DNA of 64,000 bases from an uncultured Desulfurococcales archaeon (GCA_964451715.1 CAYVIZ010000001.1:3830-67829), one strand, 5' to 3'. Numbered from the stretch's first letter, positions 25,706 to 35,898 are shown. Notes: a model not told the origin generated them from the sequence alone. A program made the numbers and translations.

Positions 25706-26719
25706 CTAGGATTCTAGGGCCCTTCTCCCTATGTACTTAGGGTAGTCGCTGTATAGTGCTAGGGCTACAATACTAGTAGTCTCAGTGTTCATGTCATAGC
25801 TACCCTCCTTTAACACGATGACCACACCGTTTTCTACGGTATAACTAGTGTATATGCCGCCATATACTGGGCTCTGGGAGTGTGCTATAATATCGAGGCA
25901 TCTCCTGTATATACCATTGTACTCGTCGACTACGGTAGACCCGGCGTATACCAGGGCCTTATAGAGGTAAACGAACAATGCACACTTATAGACATAGTAC
26001 ACGGGTAACCCTGTCTTATCATCGATTCTAAAAGCATTATCATGGAATCCATAACCATCCCACATCTTGGTCAGGTTGAGAAAACACTTCTCAGCATCCC
26101 ATAGATGACCACTCAGTAGACTGTTCAAGGCCCTGTAAACTAGTAGATCAGAATACATGTACCAGTCCTTCATAGGCCTAGAGCGGTCCGGCCTCTCCCA
26201 TGCAATCCTGTATCCGTCCACCCACCTAATGACACTGTTATTAATAGGTGCATAAAACATGTCGGGTATGCTTTTCCCGACAAGTATATCTATCTTACCG
26301 TTCCAGCCTCCCCCATATTCGCTATCCAGTACAGATTGAACCCTGGAAGAGAGTGGGGATCCCAGCACTGCCAGAGCCTTAGCCGCCAGGACGTTATCGT
26401 TTGCAATATATACTGTTACATTATCGGGGTACGTATGAGTGGATGCCCGCAACAATCCTATCCCCGGAACATACTGGGATTCCAGAAACCTCCTCATACC
26501 CTCACGGCTAGGGAACCCTGGGTTCCCATGTAAATAGTGGAACACCACAGCAAAAACCGGGAGGAGTAGGAGCAAGAACAAGGCAGCCGCCACGGCCCTC
26601 CTCAAAACCCGCACACCGAGTGATACACTCTTGATACACACAGGTATTAAAGACGAGTCCAGCATCATCCATGGCAGAGGGACCAGTGTTATCGGGTCTG
26701 GGCATCCCTCTTGTAACAC
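25706..26719 (-). CDS. hypothetical membrane-anchored/secreted protein
   Basis: N-terminal hydrophobic anchor (AAALFLLLLLPVFAVV) followed by a W/Y-rich domain of about 280 aa. No motif I can assign. The true start is probably internal. Confidence 0.4.
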   Translation of the reverse strand: MLQEGCPDPITLVPLPWMMLDSSLIPVCIKSVSLGVRVLRRAVAAALFLLLLLPVFAVVFHYLHGNPGFPSREGMRRFLESQYVPGIGLLRASTHTYPDNVTVYIANDNVLAAKALAVLGSPLSSRVQSVLDSEYGGGWNGKIDILVGKSIPDMFYAPINNSVIRWVDGYRIAWERPDRSRPMKDWYMYSDLLVYRALNSLLSGHLWDAEKCFLNLTKMWDGYGFHDNAFRIDDKTGLPVYYVYKCALFVYLYKALVYAGSTVVDEYNGIYRRCLDIIAHSQSPVYGGIYTSYTVENGVVIVLKEGSYDMNTETTSIVALALYSDYPKYIGRRALES

Positions 26720-26767
26720 GTTGAAAAACTTATAAGACAGGCCTGTATGGGATACCTATTATTGGAT

Positions 26768-26844
26768 GGGCCGGTAGCTCAGCCTGGAAGAGCGCCCGGT
26801 TGGCATCCGGGAGGCCCCGGGTTCAAATCCCGGCCGGTCCACCA
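26768..26844 (+). tRNA. tRNA-Ala (GGC)
   Basis: GGGCCGGTAGCTCAGCCTGGAAGAGCGCCCGGTTGGCATCCGGGAGGCCCCGGGTTCAAATCCCGGCCGGTCCACCA. It has the G3:U70 identity pair, anticodon GGC and an encoded CCA. Confidence 0.9.
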
Positions 26845-26990
26845 CACCCCCTGGCGTCAAAGGGAGACTATAAGCGGCAGGGTGCTCCCGGCTAGTTTGA
26901 TTGCCTTGTAAATAGCCGCATTAACCTTTTATTCCACCGTATTCAATATATGTATTTGAACCCCCTTCCACCAAACCTTAAGCTATAGAG

Positions 26991-27248
26991 GTGAATAAAA
27001 CCATGGCATCCGCGATCGTGCTTATAAACGTGGAAATAGGAGAGGAGGAAAACGCGTTTAACAAGCTGAAGGAAATCCCTGAGGTAGAAGAGGTCTACAT
27101 GGTGTACGGTGTATACGACCTAATAGCGAAGGTCGAAGCACCAGATATGGCTAAGCTGAAAGAGATAATAGCAGACAAGATAAGGAGAATGCCCGCCATA
27201 AGAAGCACACTAACAATGATGGTAGTGGAGGGCTTCAAGAAATCCTGA
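26991..27248 (+). CDS. stand-alone Lrp/AsnC ligand-binding (RAM) domain protein
   Basis: The sequence AIVLINVEIGEEENAFNKLKEIPEVEEVYMVYGVYDLIAKVEAPDMAKLKEII matches the AsnC-type effector domain, and there is no HTH. The likely start is ATG 27003. Confidence 0.6.
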   Translation: MNKTMASAIVLINVEIGEEENAFNKLKEIPEVEEVYMVYGVYDLIAKVEAPDMAKLKEIIADKIRRMPAIRSTLTMMVVEGFKKS

Positions 27249-27380
27249 AGAAACGATAACACTCTAACAAATTTTATATGGGAATACCCAAGAAGCCTCT
27301 AACCCAAAACTACCCTGCCAAATCCTCCGGTATTGTAGGAACTATTTTATCCCTTCAACCTAACGCACCTCCAACCAGGG

Positions 27381-28724
27381 ATGGGAGTTTTGGATAACCA
27401 CTCATACTCTTTTTTGAGCATCGGAATAGACGACATTGACACTCCGGGGGGAGGATGCACTACACACTTCGGCGCACTGCTCTCCTCTTACCTAATGAAG
27501 ACACATGGTATAGAGTTTATAGACTATCCCCTTCTTGTAAGGTTGAATCCCGCAGTCCCATGGAAGACCCGGGGTAATGCATCCGTAGTTATACGAGTGC
27601 ACCCCGGGGGGATTGATGCCCGTGAGCTTGCTGATGAAGTAGAGAACCTTGTAGAGGAGTATTTGGGTGAGTGCAGGTTTAAGGAGACTAAGCCGGGGAT
27701 AGTGGTATACCGTGGAGATCCCTGGAGAGCGTTCAGCGGGTTCTACTATAAGGCTCTAACAGATGTTGTGACTATGGATATGGCGGAGAAGCTCTTAGAG
27801 CGTTATGGTGGCTTAAAGCGCGGGGGTAGGGGTGTCATAGGCGCGTTGGCGGGTGTGGGCGCGCTTGGACCCGGAGAGCCTTACTCCTTCGAGCTTCTTG
27901 CATACAGGGATCCCGGCTTCTGGGGGTCTGAAAGGAGTGTTGGCTTCGGGTCTGTTTATGAATACGATGTGTTAACCGGGGAGTTAACATTCTCCAATAT
28001 AGACTACCAGAAAAGAAAAACAATAATAACGCCCCACGGCCCCGACCCGGTTCTCTACGGTGTAAGGGGGACAAACCCGGAAGCACTCATCAAAGCACTA
28101 GAAATCATAAAAACGGGAGAGCCTGTTCATGGATGGTGCCTCTTCAGGAGCAACCAGGGAACATCGGTTCACGAGAGAACCACTTCCATACCCCGCTACT
28201 ATAAGACAGGAACCATGGAGTGCACGGTAAAAGAGGAGTCTGAAATCCTTCCTAAAGGACATGTACTAGTGAAGGCTGAGTGTGGAGGAGTGCCTCTTGA
28301 CGTATTATTCTATAGAGAAAGCTTTCCTCTAAACAAGGCTGCAGCATCTCTTCTACCGGGAGACCAGATAAAAGTAACAGGCTCTATAAAACAACGGCAA
28401 GGGAAGCTGACTCTCAACGCAGAGGTGCTCTACATAACAAGACTTGTATGGAAGAGGACAATGATAGCGCCCCGGTGCCCCAGGTGTGGAGCCCGCATGA
28501 AGTCCAAAGGATCTGGTAAAGGATACAAATGCCCCAGATGTGGTTTTTACGATAGAAGAATTAAGAGTGTGGAGGTTATTGAGAACAGGAATCTATGCCC
28601 GGGTAGATATGTTCCTGTAGCAGCTCATATAGCGCATCTGGTTAGGCCCAACTGGCTGCGTCTTCCAGTTCTTGACGGTGTTCCCTTGGAGCTGGTTGAG
28701 GGATGGTGTAAACTCCCCGGTTAA
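27381..28724 (+). CDS. tiaS: tRNA(Ile2) 2-agmatinylcytidine synthetase TiaS
   Basis: N-terminal IGIDDIDTPGGGCTTH motif, an OB-like middle region and a C-terminal zinc ribbon (CPRCGARMKSKGSGKGYKCPRCG). Confidence 0.85.
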   Translation: MGVLDNHSYSFLSIGIDDIDTPGGGCTTHFGALLSSYLMKTHGIEFIDYPLLVRLNPAVPWKTRGNASVVIRVHPGGIDARELADEVENLVEEYLGECRFKETKPGIVVYRGDPWRAFSGFYYKALTDVVTMDMAEKLLERYGGLKRGGRGVIGALAGVGALGPGEPYSFELLAYRDPGFWGSERSVGFGSVYEYDVLTGELTFSNIDYQKRKTIITPHGPDPVLYGVRGTNPEALIKALEIIKTGEPVHGWCLFRSNQGTSVHERTTSIPRYYKTGTMECTVKEESEILPKGHVLVKAECGGVPLDVLFYRESFPLNKAAASLLPGDQIKVTGSIKQRQGKLTLNAEVLYITRLVWKRTMIAPRCPRCGARMKSKGSGKGYKCPRCGFYDRRIKSVEVIENRNLCPGRYVPVAAHIAHLVRPNWLRLPVLDGVPLELVEGWCKLPG

Positions 28725-28726
28725 CA

Positions 28727-29046
28727 ACCCCTCCGTTTCTAATGGAGCCCACCCAAAACAATACTCTACCAAGCACCCGGGGACCCCATTGCTTCTAATG
28801 GAGTACACATAACATTGTATACGGTTGTTTTGTTCTTATATAACATAGGATATAGGAATTTTTGTATTATGATCAAATAGTTTATGTCAACCTTCAACCT
28901 TACTCCAGTATCGCTCCATTAGAAACAGAGGGGGAGAGGAGTCTAACCGCTTATCATGTTCTAAAGAATATGGAATAACAACTTCTTCCTTTGCCTTAGA
29001 TTGTATAAACTAGTTGTGACCCCTTTATTTCCAATGGAGCCCACCC
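28727..29046. repeat. cluster of four copies of a 21-28 nt repeat, ACCCC-N4-TTTCTAATGGAGC(CCACCC)
   Basis: Copies are at 28727-28754 (+), 28783-28808 (+), 28911-28934 (inverted) and 29019-29046 (+). The first and last copies share TTTC(T/C)AATGGAGCCCACCC, matching 18 of 19 nt. All lie in the AT-rich spacer between tiaS and porG. Confidence 0.6.
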
Positions 29047-29159
29047 GGTCGATCTTGTTTCATGTTACCAGCCACGGGTATCCGACTTGTTTCGTAGATA
29101 TAGTAATATGTAAACTTCAAAAAACCCCCGGATCAATAGAGTTAATAGGGGCGGTAGTT

Positions 29160-29717
29160 TTGTATGTTGAAATAGTCTTCCATGGCCGCGGTGGACAAGG
29201 AGGAGTCACCGCGGCTAACATATTAGCCGGTGCCGCTGTACGCGAGGGCAAGTGGTCCCAGTCTTTCCCCCACTTCGGCGCAGAGAGGAGAGGCGCTCCT
29301 GTAAAGGCTTATGCGAGGATAAGTGACAAGCCTATACTGCGTCATAGCCAGGTAAAGAAGGCCGACATCGCCGTTGTCCTAGACAAGGAGCTTTTCAAGC
29401 TGGTCAATATTACCGGGACGGTAAAGGAGAACGGTGTTATCGTGGCAAACATCCCCCCAGTTTCTACTGTCAACCTAGATGGTTCTCAGTCTCTCTATTG
29501 TGTTGACGCGTTAGAGATAGCTAGGAGGCTCAAACTCTTCGTTGCGGGGTGGCCAGTCGTGAATACCAGTATGCTGGGAGCACTGGTCAAGGCAACCGGT
29601 GTAGTGTCGCTGGATAGTGTCTTAGCTGAGATTAAGAGCTACTGGCCGGGTAAGGCGGGTGAAGTCAACGCTGAAGCCGCCCGGGCCGCCTACGGGGAGA
29701 CACTCAGGTGCATATAG
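29160..29717 (+). CDS. 2-oxoacid (pyruvate/2-ketoisovalerate):ferredoxin oxidoreductase, gamma subunit
   Basis: Family N-terminus (L)YVEIVFHGRGGQGGVTAANILA begins at in-frame TTG 29160. The ORF-track extension back to 29001 has no family resemblance and covers one repeat copy. Confidence 0.75.
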   Translation: MYVEIVFHGRGGQGGVTAANILAGAAVREGKWSQSFPHFGAERRGAPVKAYARISDKPILRHSQVKKADIAVVLDKELFKLVNITGTVKENGVIVANIPPVSTVNLDGSQSLYCVDALEIARRLKLFVAGWPVVNTSMLGALVKATGVVSLDSVLAEIKSYWPGKAGEVNAEAARAAYGETLRCI

Positions 29718-29769
29718 ATATGAGGTTTATTTCCCGGATCAGGTATTAGGTTAATGGAGGGAGTAAGGT

Positions 29770-30051
29770 TTGAATACACGTGTAGAGCCGCCTAAAACCG
29801 TATTCTACGCCCCGCTAGCCAAGCCCGCTCCCGGGGCCGTTGGCAAGACTGGCACGTGGAGGCATGACAAGCCGGTCATAAACGAGGAGAAATGCGTCAA
29901 GTGCTTGCTATGCTGGCTTTACTGCCCGGAAGACACTATTCTGAGGAGGGAAGACGACATGGTATACGTGGACTATGAATACTGTAAGGGATGCGGTGTA
30001 TGCGCAGAGGTCTGCCCTGTAAATGCCATAGACATGGTTTCAGAGGGGTGA
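29770..30051 (+). CDS. 2-oxoacid:ferredoxin oxidoreductase, delta subunit (2x[4Fe-4S])
   Basis: 93 aa with motifs CVKCLLCWLYCP and CKGCGVCAEVCP. Confidence 0.8.
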   Translation: MNTRVEPPKTVFYAPLAKPAPGAVGKTGTWRHDKPVINEEKCVKCLLCWLYCPEDTILRREDDMVYVDYEYCKGCGVCAEVCPVNAIDMVSEG

Positions 30052-30057
30052 GGAGGA

Positions 30058-31296
30058 TTGGCTATCAAGACCCTTACAGGCAACAAGGCCGTGGCCCACG
30101 CCGTTAAAGCTGCCAGAGTAAAGGTTGTATCCGCTTACCCGATAACGCCTCAGACTACTATAGTTGAATCACTGGCTGAGATGGTGGAGAAGGGTGAGCT
30201 AGACGCTAAAATGATAAGAGTGGAGAGCGAACACTCTGCTATGGCCGCGGTTTTCGGGGCCGCCTCGGCGGGTGCTAGGAGCTTTACTGCAACTTCAAGC
30301 CACGGCCTTCTCCTCATGCACGAAGTATTATGGTGGACCTCCGGTGCAAGGATACCGGTCGTCATGGCTGTGGTGACTAGAGCTATAGGCCCGCCTTGGA
30401 ATATACATGTCGACCACCAGGACATATGGGATCAGAGGGATGCAGGGTGGATTACTGCTATAGCAGAGAACAACCAGGAGGTATTCGACCTCGTCCTCCA
30501 GGCGTTCAAGATCTCCGAGGATCCCAGGGACTATCTCCCCATGATGGTGGGGTTAGACGGATTCATACTATCCCATACTGTGGCCCCGGTTGACATACCG
30601 GATCAAGACAAGGTGGATGAATGGCTGCCCGGGAGGCGGCAGCCTTACGTGGTGGATCCTGACTCGAATATAGTTATGGGTAACCTGGCTACAGACGAGG
30701 ACTACTATATGATGAGGTACTCTATCCAGGCGGCCATGATGGAGGCTAAGAAAGTTGTAGCAGAAGTGGATAAAGAATATGGAGACCTGTTCGGGAGGAG
30801 CTATGGAGGCCTAGTAGAGTGTTATCACTGCATGGAATCCAGCTACAATATCGTCGTGATGGGCAGCTGGGCTGGCGACGCTAAGGAGGCTGTTTCCAAG
30901 CTCCGCGAGGAGGGGTATAGCGTTGGAGTGCTGAGGATAAGGTTCCTTAGGCCATGGCCTGACGACGAGGTGAGAAGCGTCCTCAGAGGGTCCAAGGGAG
31001 TCTTATTCTTGGATAGGAGTATAAGCTTCGGAGGCAAGGGCCACCTGTTGTCGGAGGCGCTTACAAACATGCCTGAAGCCGGGAAGACGGTTGCGGTGAG
31101 AGGCGTTATAGCCGGCCTAGGAGGAGTTGACGTGGGCTCTGATGAGATGTACTCGTTGTTCAAAGGTTTTATAGATGAGGTAGAAGAGAAAGGCGCTTTC
31201 TACGATCCGGAATACTGGTATCTACCCGAGCCCTACAGGGACAAGCATTCTCCCAGGCTGCGTAGTCCCGGTATAATGTTTTACGGAGAGAGGTGA
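30058..31296 (+). CDS. 2-oxoacid:ferredoxin oxidoreductase, alpha subunit
   Basis: 412 aa with the N-terminus GNKAVAHAVKAARVKVVSAYPITPQT typical of PorA/VorA. TTG start after a GAGGGGTGAGGAGGA SD motif. Confidence 0.85.
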   Translation: MAIKTLTGNKAVAHAVKAARVKVVSAYPITPQTTIVESLAEMVEKGELDAKMIRVESEHSAMAAVFGAASAGARSFTATSSHGLLLMHEVLWWTSGARIPVVMAVVTRAIGPPWNIHVDHQDIWDQRDAGWITAIAENNQEVFDLVLQAFKISEDPRDYLPMMVGLDGFILSHTVAPVDIPDQDKVDEWLPGRRQPYVVDPDSNIVMGNLATDEDYYMMRYSIQAAMMEAKKVVAEVDKEYGDLFGRSYGGLVECYHCMESSYNIVVMGSWAGDAKEAVSKLREEGYSVGVLRIRFLRPWPDDEVRSVLRGSKGVLFLDRSISFGGKGHLLSEALTNMPEAGKTVAVRGVIAGLGGVDVGSDEMYSLFKGFIDEVEEKGAFYDPEYWYLPEPYRDKHSPRLRSPGIMFYGER

Positions 31297-31302
31297 GACA
31301 GG

Positions 31303-32241
31303 ATGCCGTTAAACCTACGTGATTTCCCGAGGATAAGGTATAACATGCCTGGAAACGCTGCTTGCCCTGGATGCCCCGAAACGATGGGTATGAGATACGT
31401 TAAGATGGCTTTGGGGGACAAGGCGGTTCTTGTTATACCTGCGGGCTGTAGTAGTGTCATACAAGGCATAGAGCCTAGGTCAGGTGTTAACTTCCCGATA
31501 TTGAACATTGTTTTCGCAGCTGCTGGAGCGGCTGCAGCCGGTATGAAGGCTGCATTCGAGGTGCTGGGCAAGGATGACGTTCAGGTGGTTGTATGGGCGG
31601 GAGATGGTGGAACAGCCGATATAGGTTTACAGTCTATGAGTGGAGCCGCTGAGAGGGGGGACGATATAATCTATATCTGCGTTGACAACGAGGCCTACAT
31701 GAACACGGGTATACAGAGAAGCGGGGCTACACCTTATGGTGCCTGGACTACTACTACATGGACTGGCAAGAAGGAGCACAAGAAGAATGTCCCACTAATA
31801 ATGATCGCACACGACGTGCCGTATGTGGCAACAGCCAGTGTAGGCTACCCCCAGGACTTCATAGAGAAGCTGCGTAAGGCGGCGGCTATAAGAGGCTTCA
31901 AGTATATACACCTCCATGCTCCATGTCCCGTGGGATGGAGGTTCGATCCCTCGCTTACAGCCAAGATAGCCCAGCTAGCGGTCAAGACTGGTATGTGGCC
32001 TTTATACGAGTACCATAACGGCGTCTTGAAGATAAGTAGTTTCAGCCGGCTCTATAAGAGAAAGGATAAGAGAACCCCTATAACCGAGTATCTCAAGCTG
32101 CAGGGTAGATTCAAGCACCTAACCGATGAGGATATAAGAATACTGGAGCAGTACATAGACAGGCTTTGGCAGTGGCTTGAAGTATTGGAGAAGTCTGGCA
32201 ACCCCGTCGAGACGGCTAGAGGAATCGTTGGTAAACAATAG
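31303..32241 (+). CDS. 2-oxoacid:ferredoxin oxidoreductase, beta subunit (TPP-binding)
   Basis: Motifs CPGCPE, GDGGTADIGLQ and DNEAYMNTGIQ. Confidence 0.85.
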   Translation: MPLNLRDFPRIRYNMPGNAACPGCPETMGMRYVKMALGDKAVLVIPAGCSSVIQGIEPRSGVNFPILNIVFAAAGAAAAGMKAAFEVLGKDDVQVVVWAGDGGTADIGLQSMSGAAERGDDIIYICVDNEAYMNTGIQRSGATPYGAWTTTTWTGKKEHKKNVPLIMIAHDVPYVATASVGYPQDFIEKLRKAAAIRGFKYIHLHAPCPVGWRFDPSLTAKIAQLAVKTGMWPLYEYHNGVLKISSFSRLYKRKDKRTPITEYLKLQGRFKHLTDEDIRILEQYIDRLWQWLEVLEKSGNPVETARGIVGKQ

Positions 32242-32323
32242 AAAATACACTCTGGTTTTCAACCTCCCTGAAACCTTCTTCAACACCTGTCATTATATTC
32301 TAATTATAAATGGTGTATAGGCT

Positions 32324-33046
32324 TTGGGGGAGAACGGTAAGAGGGAGGCAGCCCTGCGTTTCGTTGAGGCCTTCGGGGACACGTTGAATGAGTCTAGTAT
32401 AATAGGGGTAGGCACGGGTTCCACAGTGTCCCTTGTAATAGAGGAGCTTGCCGTGAGAGGCATTCTGGAGGGGAAGACTATTGTAGCCACTAGTCTCGAC
32501 TCAATGTACAAGCTGAGGAGCAATGGTATTCTGCCTGCTCACCCCTCAGCAGTTGCCTCGGTTGACGTCTATTTCGATGGGGCAGACGAGGTAGACATGC
32601 ATGGGAACATGATAAAGGGCCGGGGGGCTGCCTTGTATGGAGAGAAGATGATCGCCTTCCGCTCAAAGTTAAACGTCTTCATAATAGACGAGTCGAAACT
32701 TGTTGAGTCTCTGGGCACGAAGAAGCCTCTCCCCGTAGAGGTTCATCCATGGATGATTCAAACATTCCTTCTCTGGGCTGAGCATAAGGGATTGAAACCA
32801 GAGCCTAGGAGGGGGGGAGGCCGTGACGGCCCCGTCATAAGTGATTATGGAGGAGTTATTGTAGATCTCTTCTTTGAGAACGGTATAGAGGATCCTCGGG
32901 GTCTCGAGGAGGAGCTGACGCGGGTGCCGGGCGTTGTTGAGACAGGCTTGTTTCTCGGTTATACCGACTATGTAGTTGTGGGTTGGGATAAGGGTGGAGG
33001 AGAGATTAGATCCTATAAGCGGACGAGAGGAATACATTACCGTTGA
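32324..33046 (+). CDS. rpiA: ribose-5-phosphate isomerase A
   Basis: Motifs GVGTGSTV, DGADEVD and KGRGAALYGEK. TTG start. Confidence 0.8.
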   Translation: MGENGKREAALRFVEAFGDTLNESSIIGVGTGSTVSLVIEELAVRGILEGKTIVATSLDSMYKLRSNGILPAHPSAVASVDVYFDGADEVDMHGNMIKGRGAALYGEKMIAFRSKLNVFIIDESKLVESLGTKKPLPVEVHPWMIQTFLLWAEHKGLKPEPRRGGGRDGPVISDYGGVIVDLFFENGIEDPRGLEEELTRVPGVVETGLFLGYTDYVVVGWDKGGGEIRSYKRTRGIHYR

Positions 33047-33419
33047 CGATCTCCGCGAGTCCCTGAAGACTGTAGAGGGGATAGACAGGCTGGGTAGAAC
33101 CAAGGCAGCAGAGGCCAGGGCTGGGAGGAGGTTTGCGAGGATACTATCGAATCCCCCCCTCTACGTTTACATGGGGCTAAATGAAGACTATCTCGTCATA
33201 CCGAGAACATTCTGCTCCTGCAACGGTTTCATTATACAGGTTGTAGGGGAAGGCAAGAGACCATACTGCAGCCACCTAGCAGCATTGGAGATAGTGGGCG
33301 ACGACTACATCGACCTCTCCGAGAGACTTACGGTTGAAGACGTTGTGGGGATAATATTAGAGCTCCTCTACTATAAGAGATCCAAGATTCTACGGAGACT
33401 AGTATACGGGGGCCAGTGA
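32976..33419 (+). CDS. SWIM-type zinc finger protein
   Basis: CxC-x(n)-CxH signature: FCSCNGFIIQVVGEGKRPYCSHLAA. The ATG at 32976 overlaps rpiA by 71 nt, so the start is uncertain. Confidence 0.5.
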   Translation: MWVGIRVEERLDPISGREEYITVDDLRESLKTVEGIDRLGRTKAAEARAGRRFARILSNPPLYVYMGLNEDYLVIPRTFCSCNGFIIQVVGEGKRPYCSHLAALEIVGDDYIDLSERLTVEDVVGIILELLYYKRSKILRRLVYGGQ

Positions 33420-33439
33420 GCCAGGCCTTCCCGGTAGGG

Positions 33440-34378
33440 CTACGGTATAACTAGGGTTCCAGCGGATCCCTCGACAGCCTTCTCTAGGGTTTCCAGGGAC
33501 GTGATAACGGCTTTCCCCTTGTTCCGCTCTACAAACCTGATGCATGCAAGTACCTTAGGCCCCATGCTTCCCGGAGGGAATAAGCCTTTTCTATAAAGCT
33601 CCTTTAATTCATCCACCCTTACCACGCCTAGTCTTTCCGCTTTCTCACTCCCGTAGCCGAGGTATACGGCGTCCACGTCTGTAGCAATTACAAGCATTGA
33701 CGCGCCGATGGTTGAAGCAATGATCTCCGAGGCTAGATCCTTGTCTACTACTGCCTCAACGCCCTGCAGACTCTCCCCCTTCTTAAAAACGGGTATACCT
33801 CCTCCCCCGCTAGCTATAACAATATAATTGGACTCGAGGAGGCTCTTTATAGCATCCGCCTCAACGTTCATCAGAGGATCGGGACTGGGCACCACTCTCC
33901 TATAACCTCCCCGGGGATCCCTCCTCATAACCCACCCCTTCTCCTTCTCCAGCTTCTTGGCCTGCTCCCCGCTGTAGTAAGGCCCTACAGGCTTAGTGGG
34001 CATTCTAAAACCCGGATCACTAGGATCCACTATTACCTGGTTCACTAATGCGACGACTTTTCTATCATAGCCCGCTTCAACCATACGGTTTCCTATAGCC
34101 TGCATAAGCATGTAACCCAGCCATCCCTGGGTCATTGCAGTGGCTATATCCATGGTTAGTGGTGTGAACTTCTCTTTCAAAGCCTCCATCCACTCTAGGA
34201 TCATACCTACTTGAGGGCCATTGCCGTGTGTCACGAGGACCCTGTAGCCTTTGCTATATAATGCCACGATCTGCTGTGCAGCGTTGTCAACGTTTCTCCA
34301 CTGCTCTTCCAATGTATTGCTGGATTTTTTCTTCATAAAGGCATTCCCGCCCAGTGCTACGACTATCGTCTCTGCCAA
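33440..34378 (-). CDS. arcC: carbamate kinase
   Basis: Motifs VVALGGNA, THGNGPQVG and IASGGGGIPV. Confidence 0.85.
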   Translation of the reverse strand: MAETIVVALGGNAFMKKKSSNTLEEQWRNVDNAAQQIVALYSKGYRVLVTHGNGPQVGMILEWMEALKEKFTPLTMDIATAMTQGWLGYMLMQAIGNRMVEAGYDRKVVALVNQVIVDPSDPGFRMPTKPVGPYYSGEQAKKLEKEKGWVMRRDPRGGYRRVVPSPDPLMNVEADAIKSLLESNYIVIASGGGGIPVFKKGESLQGVEAVVDKDLASEIIASTIGASMLVIATDVDAVYLGYGSEKAERLGVVRVDELKELYRKGLFPPGSMGPKVLACIRFVERNKGKAVITSLETLEKAVEGSAGTLVIP

Positions 34379-34470
34379 AACAGTACACCGCTGATAAAAC
34401 CTGTATACTATCCGGAATTAAAAAGGAAGGATAGAATAGGGCGGGAGAGCCCGTAAAGTGGAGGATTCTT

Positions 34471-35898
34471 TTAGCCCTCACCTTGCCCGTATATTGCTTT
34501 ATGGAATACTATATAGTATATGAAGCCTGTAATGACGCCTATATACCAGCTCAGAGGGCTTGGGAAGACGATGGGACCCACATATACTAGGCTCCCTCTT
34601 ATCCAGCTGTATATGTATGTTGTGACCACCGCCGCTATGAGGGAGGCTATACCAGCCCAGTTTACCCCTCCACTATACACGTGTTCCCTACTATAAAGCT
34701 GGTTCAAACTGTATTTTCTTCTGCGTACTAGGTAGAAGTCGGCAAGCATTATGCCGGCAATAGGACCTAGGAGTATGCCGTAGTTGGACGAGAAGTTTGT
34801 AACATAGTTAACATAGTCCTGCCCCTTATCAACTGCCCACCATGGCGCTATGAGGAATCCTATTACGCCGGCTACTAGAGCAGCCTTCCGCAAGGGTAGT
34901 CTGAGGCTTGCGGTGAGTATGTCTATTAGAGGCGGCAGATTGGCTGTAACATCGGTTGAGAATGGCGCTAGGAATGCGAACATCTCGCCTAAGAGAACGG
35001 CTATAGCTCCTGGGGCGGCAACCATCACTATGTCCTGCGGGGTCACATACCCGGCTCCATACATGGATTCCGTGTAGAGTACTAGGTAGTATCCTAGGAG
35101 GGTACCGAAGATCTGTGCTACGACTATCCCTACTAGGGGCCCTCCTACCAATCCTCCCCATAGAGTCCCCTTGCTCTTCTTCAGCCCTCTAGACAAGTCC
35201 GATATGTTGAGCGCTACTGTGGCCCACCAGTTTGTTTGAACTGCTATATAGGTTATGAACGCAGTGCTCGTCAATCCTACGCCCTCAGGGAGAGCGAGCT
35301 TCGCATTCTGTCCGTGCAGAAAGTATAGTAGCCATGCGAAGTAGAGCAGTAGAAGAGGGCCTCCATAGTTTGCAACGTAGCCTATGCCCTTTAATCCCTT
35401 GGACATTACTATTACGGCAAGGGCCACGTAGAATATGAGGGCTATTCCCACATACTTGTAAGCCTCCGCCACGACTTCCCCTCTAGGCAATCCTAGAGCC
35501 CATAGTGCTATCATGGTTATAGCAAGCGAGCCACCATACGCCTCTACCCCCAGCCAGCCGGCTCCTACTATGCCTCTGAGCAGGACGGGAAGGTGTATCC
35601 CCCTCTTACCGAATGCTGGTCTTAGCTGTACTGGAAATGGTATTCCATACTTCCAGCCAGGATAGCCGTTCAGTATCATCACTAGGGTGGCCGCCAGGTT
35701 TCCCAGAAGCGCTCCTATAGCCGCTTCTCCGGGTGTCAGGTTGAGGCTTCTCGCTATCGGTCCTAGGAAGAACATTGGTATGCATGTGTTCATTGAGAAC
35801 ATCATGAACCAGAAGGTTATCGTTCCATAGACTCTTTTCTCCTCGGGTAGAGGGAGGAGCTCAGGGTGTTCCTCCGCCCAACTCGAGCCTTTACCCAT
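34471..35898 (-). CDS. NCS1-family nucleobase/allantoin/thiamine-type cation symporter
   Basis: 475 aa with 12 TM segments and an NCS1-like N-terminal region. The substrate cannot be inferred. Confidence 0.7.
   Translation of the reverse strand: MGKGSSWAEEHPELLPLPEEKRVYGTITFWFMMFSMNTCIPMFFLGPIARSLNLTPGEAAIGALLGNLAATLVMILNGYPGWKYGIPFPVQLRPAFGKRGIHLPVLLRGIVGAGWLGVEAYGGSLAITMIALWALGLPRGEVVAEAYKYVGIALIFYVALAVIVMSKGLKGIGYVANYGGPLLLLYFAWLLYFLHGQNAKLALPEGVGLTSTAFITYIAVQTNWWATVALNISDLSRGLKKSKGTLWGGLVGGPLVGIVVAQIFGTLLGYYLVLYTESMYGAGYVTPQDIVMVAAPGAIAVLLGEMFAFLAPFSTDVTANLPPLIDILTASLRLPLRKAALVAGVIGFLIAPWWAVDKGQDYVNYVTNFSSNYGILLGPIAGIMLADFYLVRRRKYSLNQLYSREHVYSGGVNWAGIASLIAAVVTTYIYSWIRGSLVYVGPIVFPSPLSWYIGVITGFIYYIVFHKAIYGQGEG

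Noticed and set aside
28727-29046. The possibility that the repeat cluster is a CRISPR array.
   Set aside because: Spacing is irregular (56 nt, then more than 100 nt). One copy is inverted, and the copies diverge outside a core of about 13 nt. There are no cas genes or leader-like context in the window. I kept it as an unexplained repeat.
29001-29159. The N-terminal extension of 53 aa on the por gamma ORF in the ORF track.
   Set aside because: The extension has no resemblance to the family and overlaps one copy of the intergenic repeat. The family N-terminus starts at in-frame TTG 29160.
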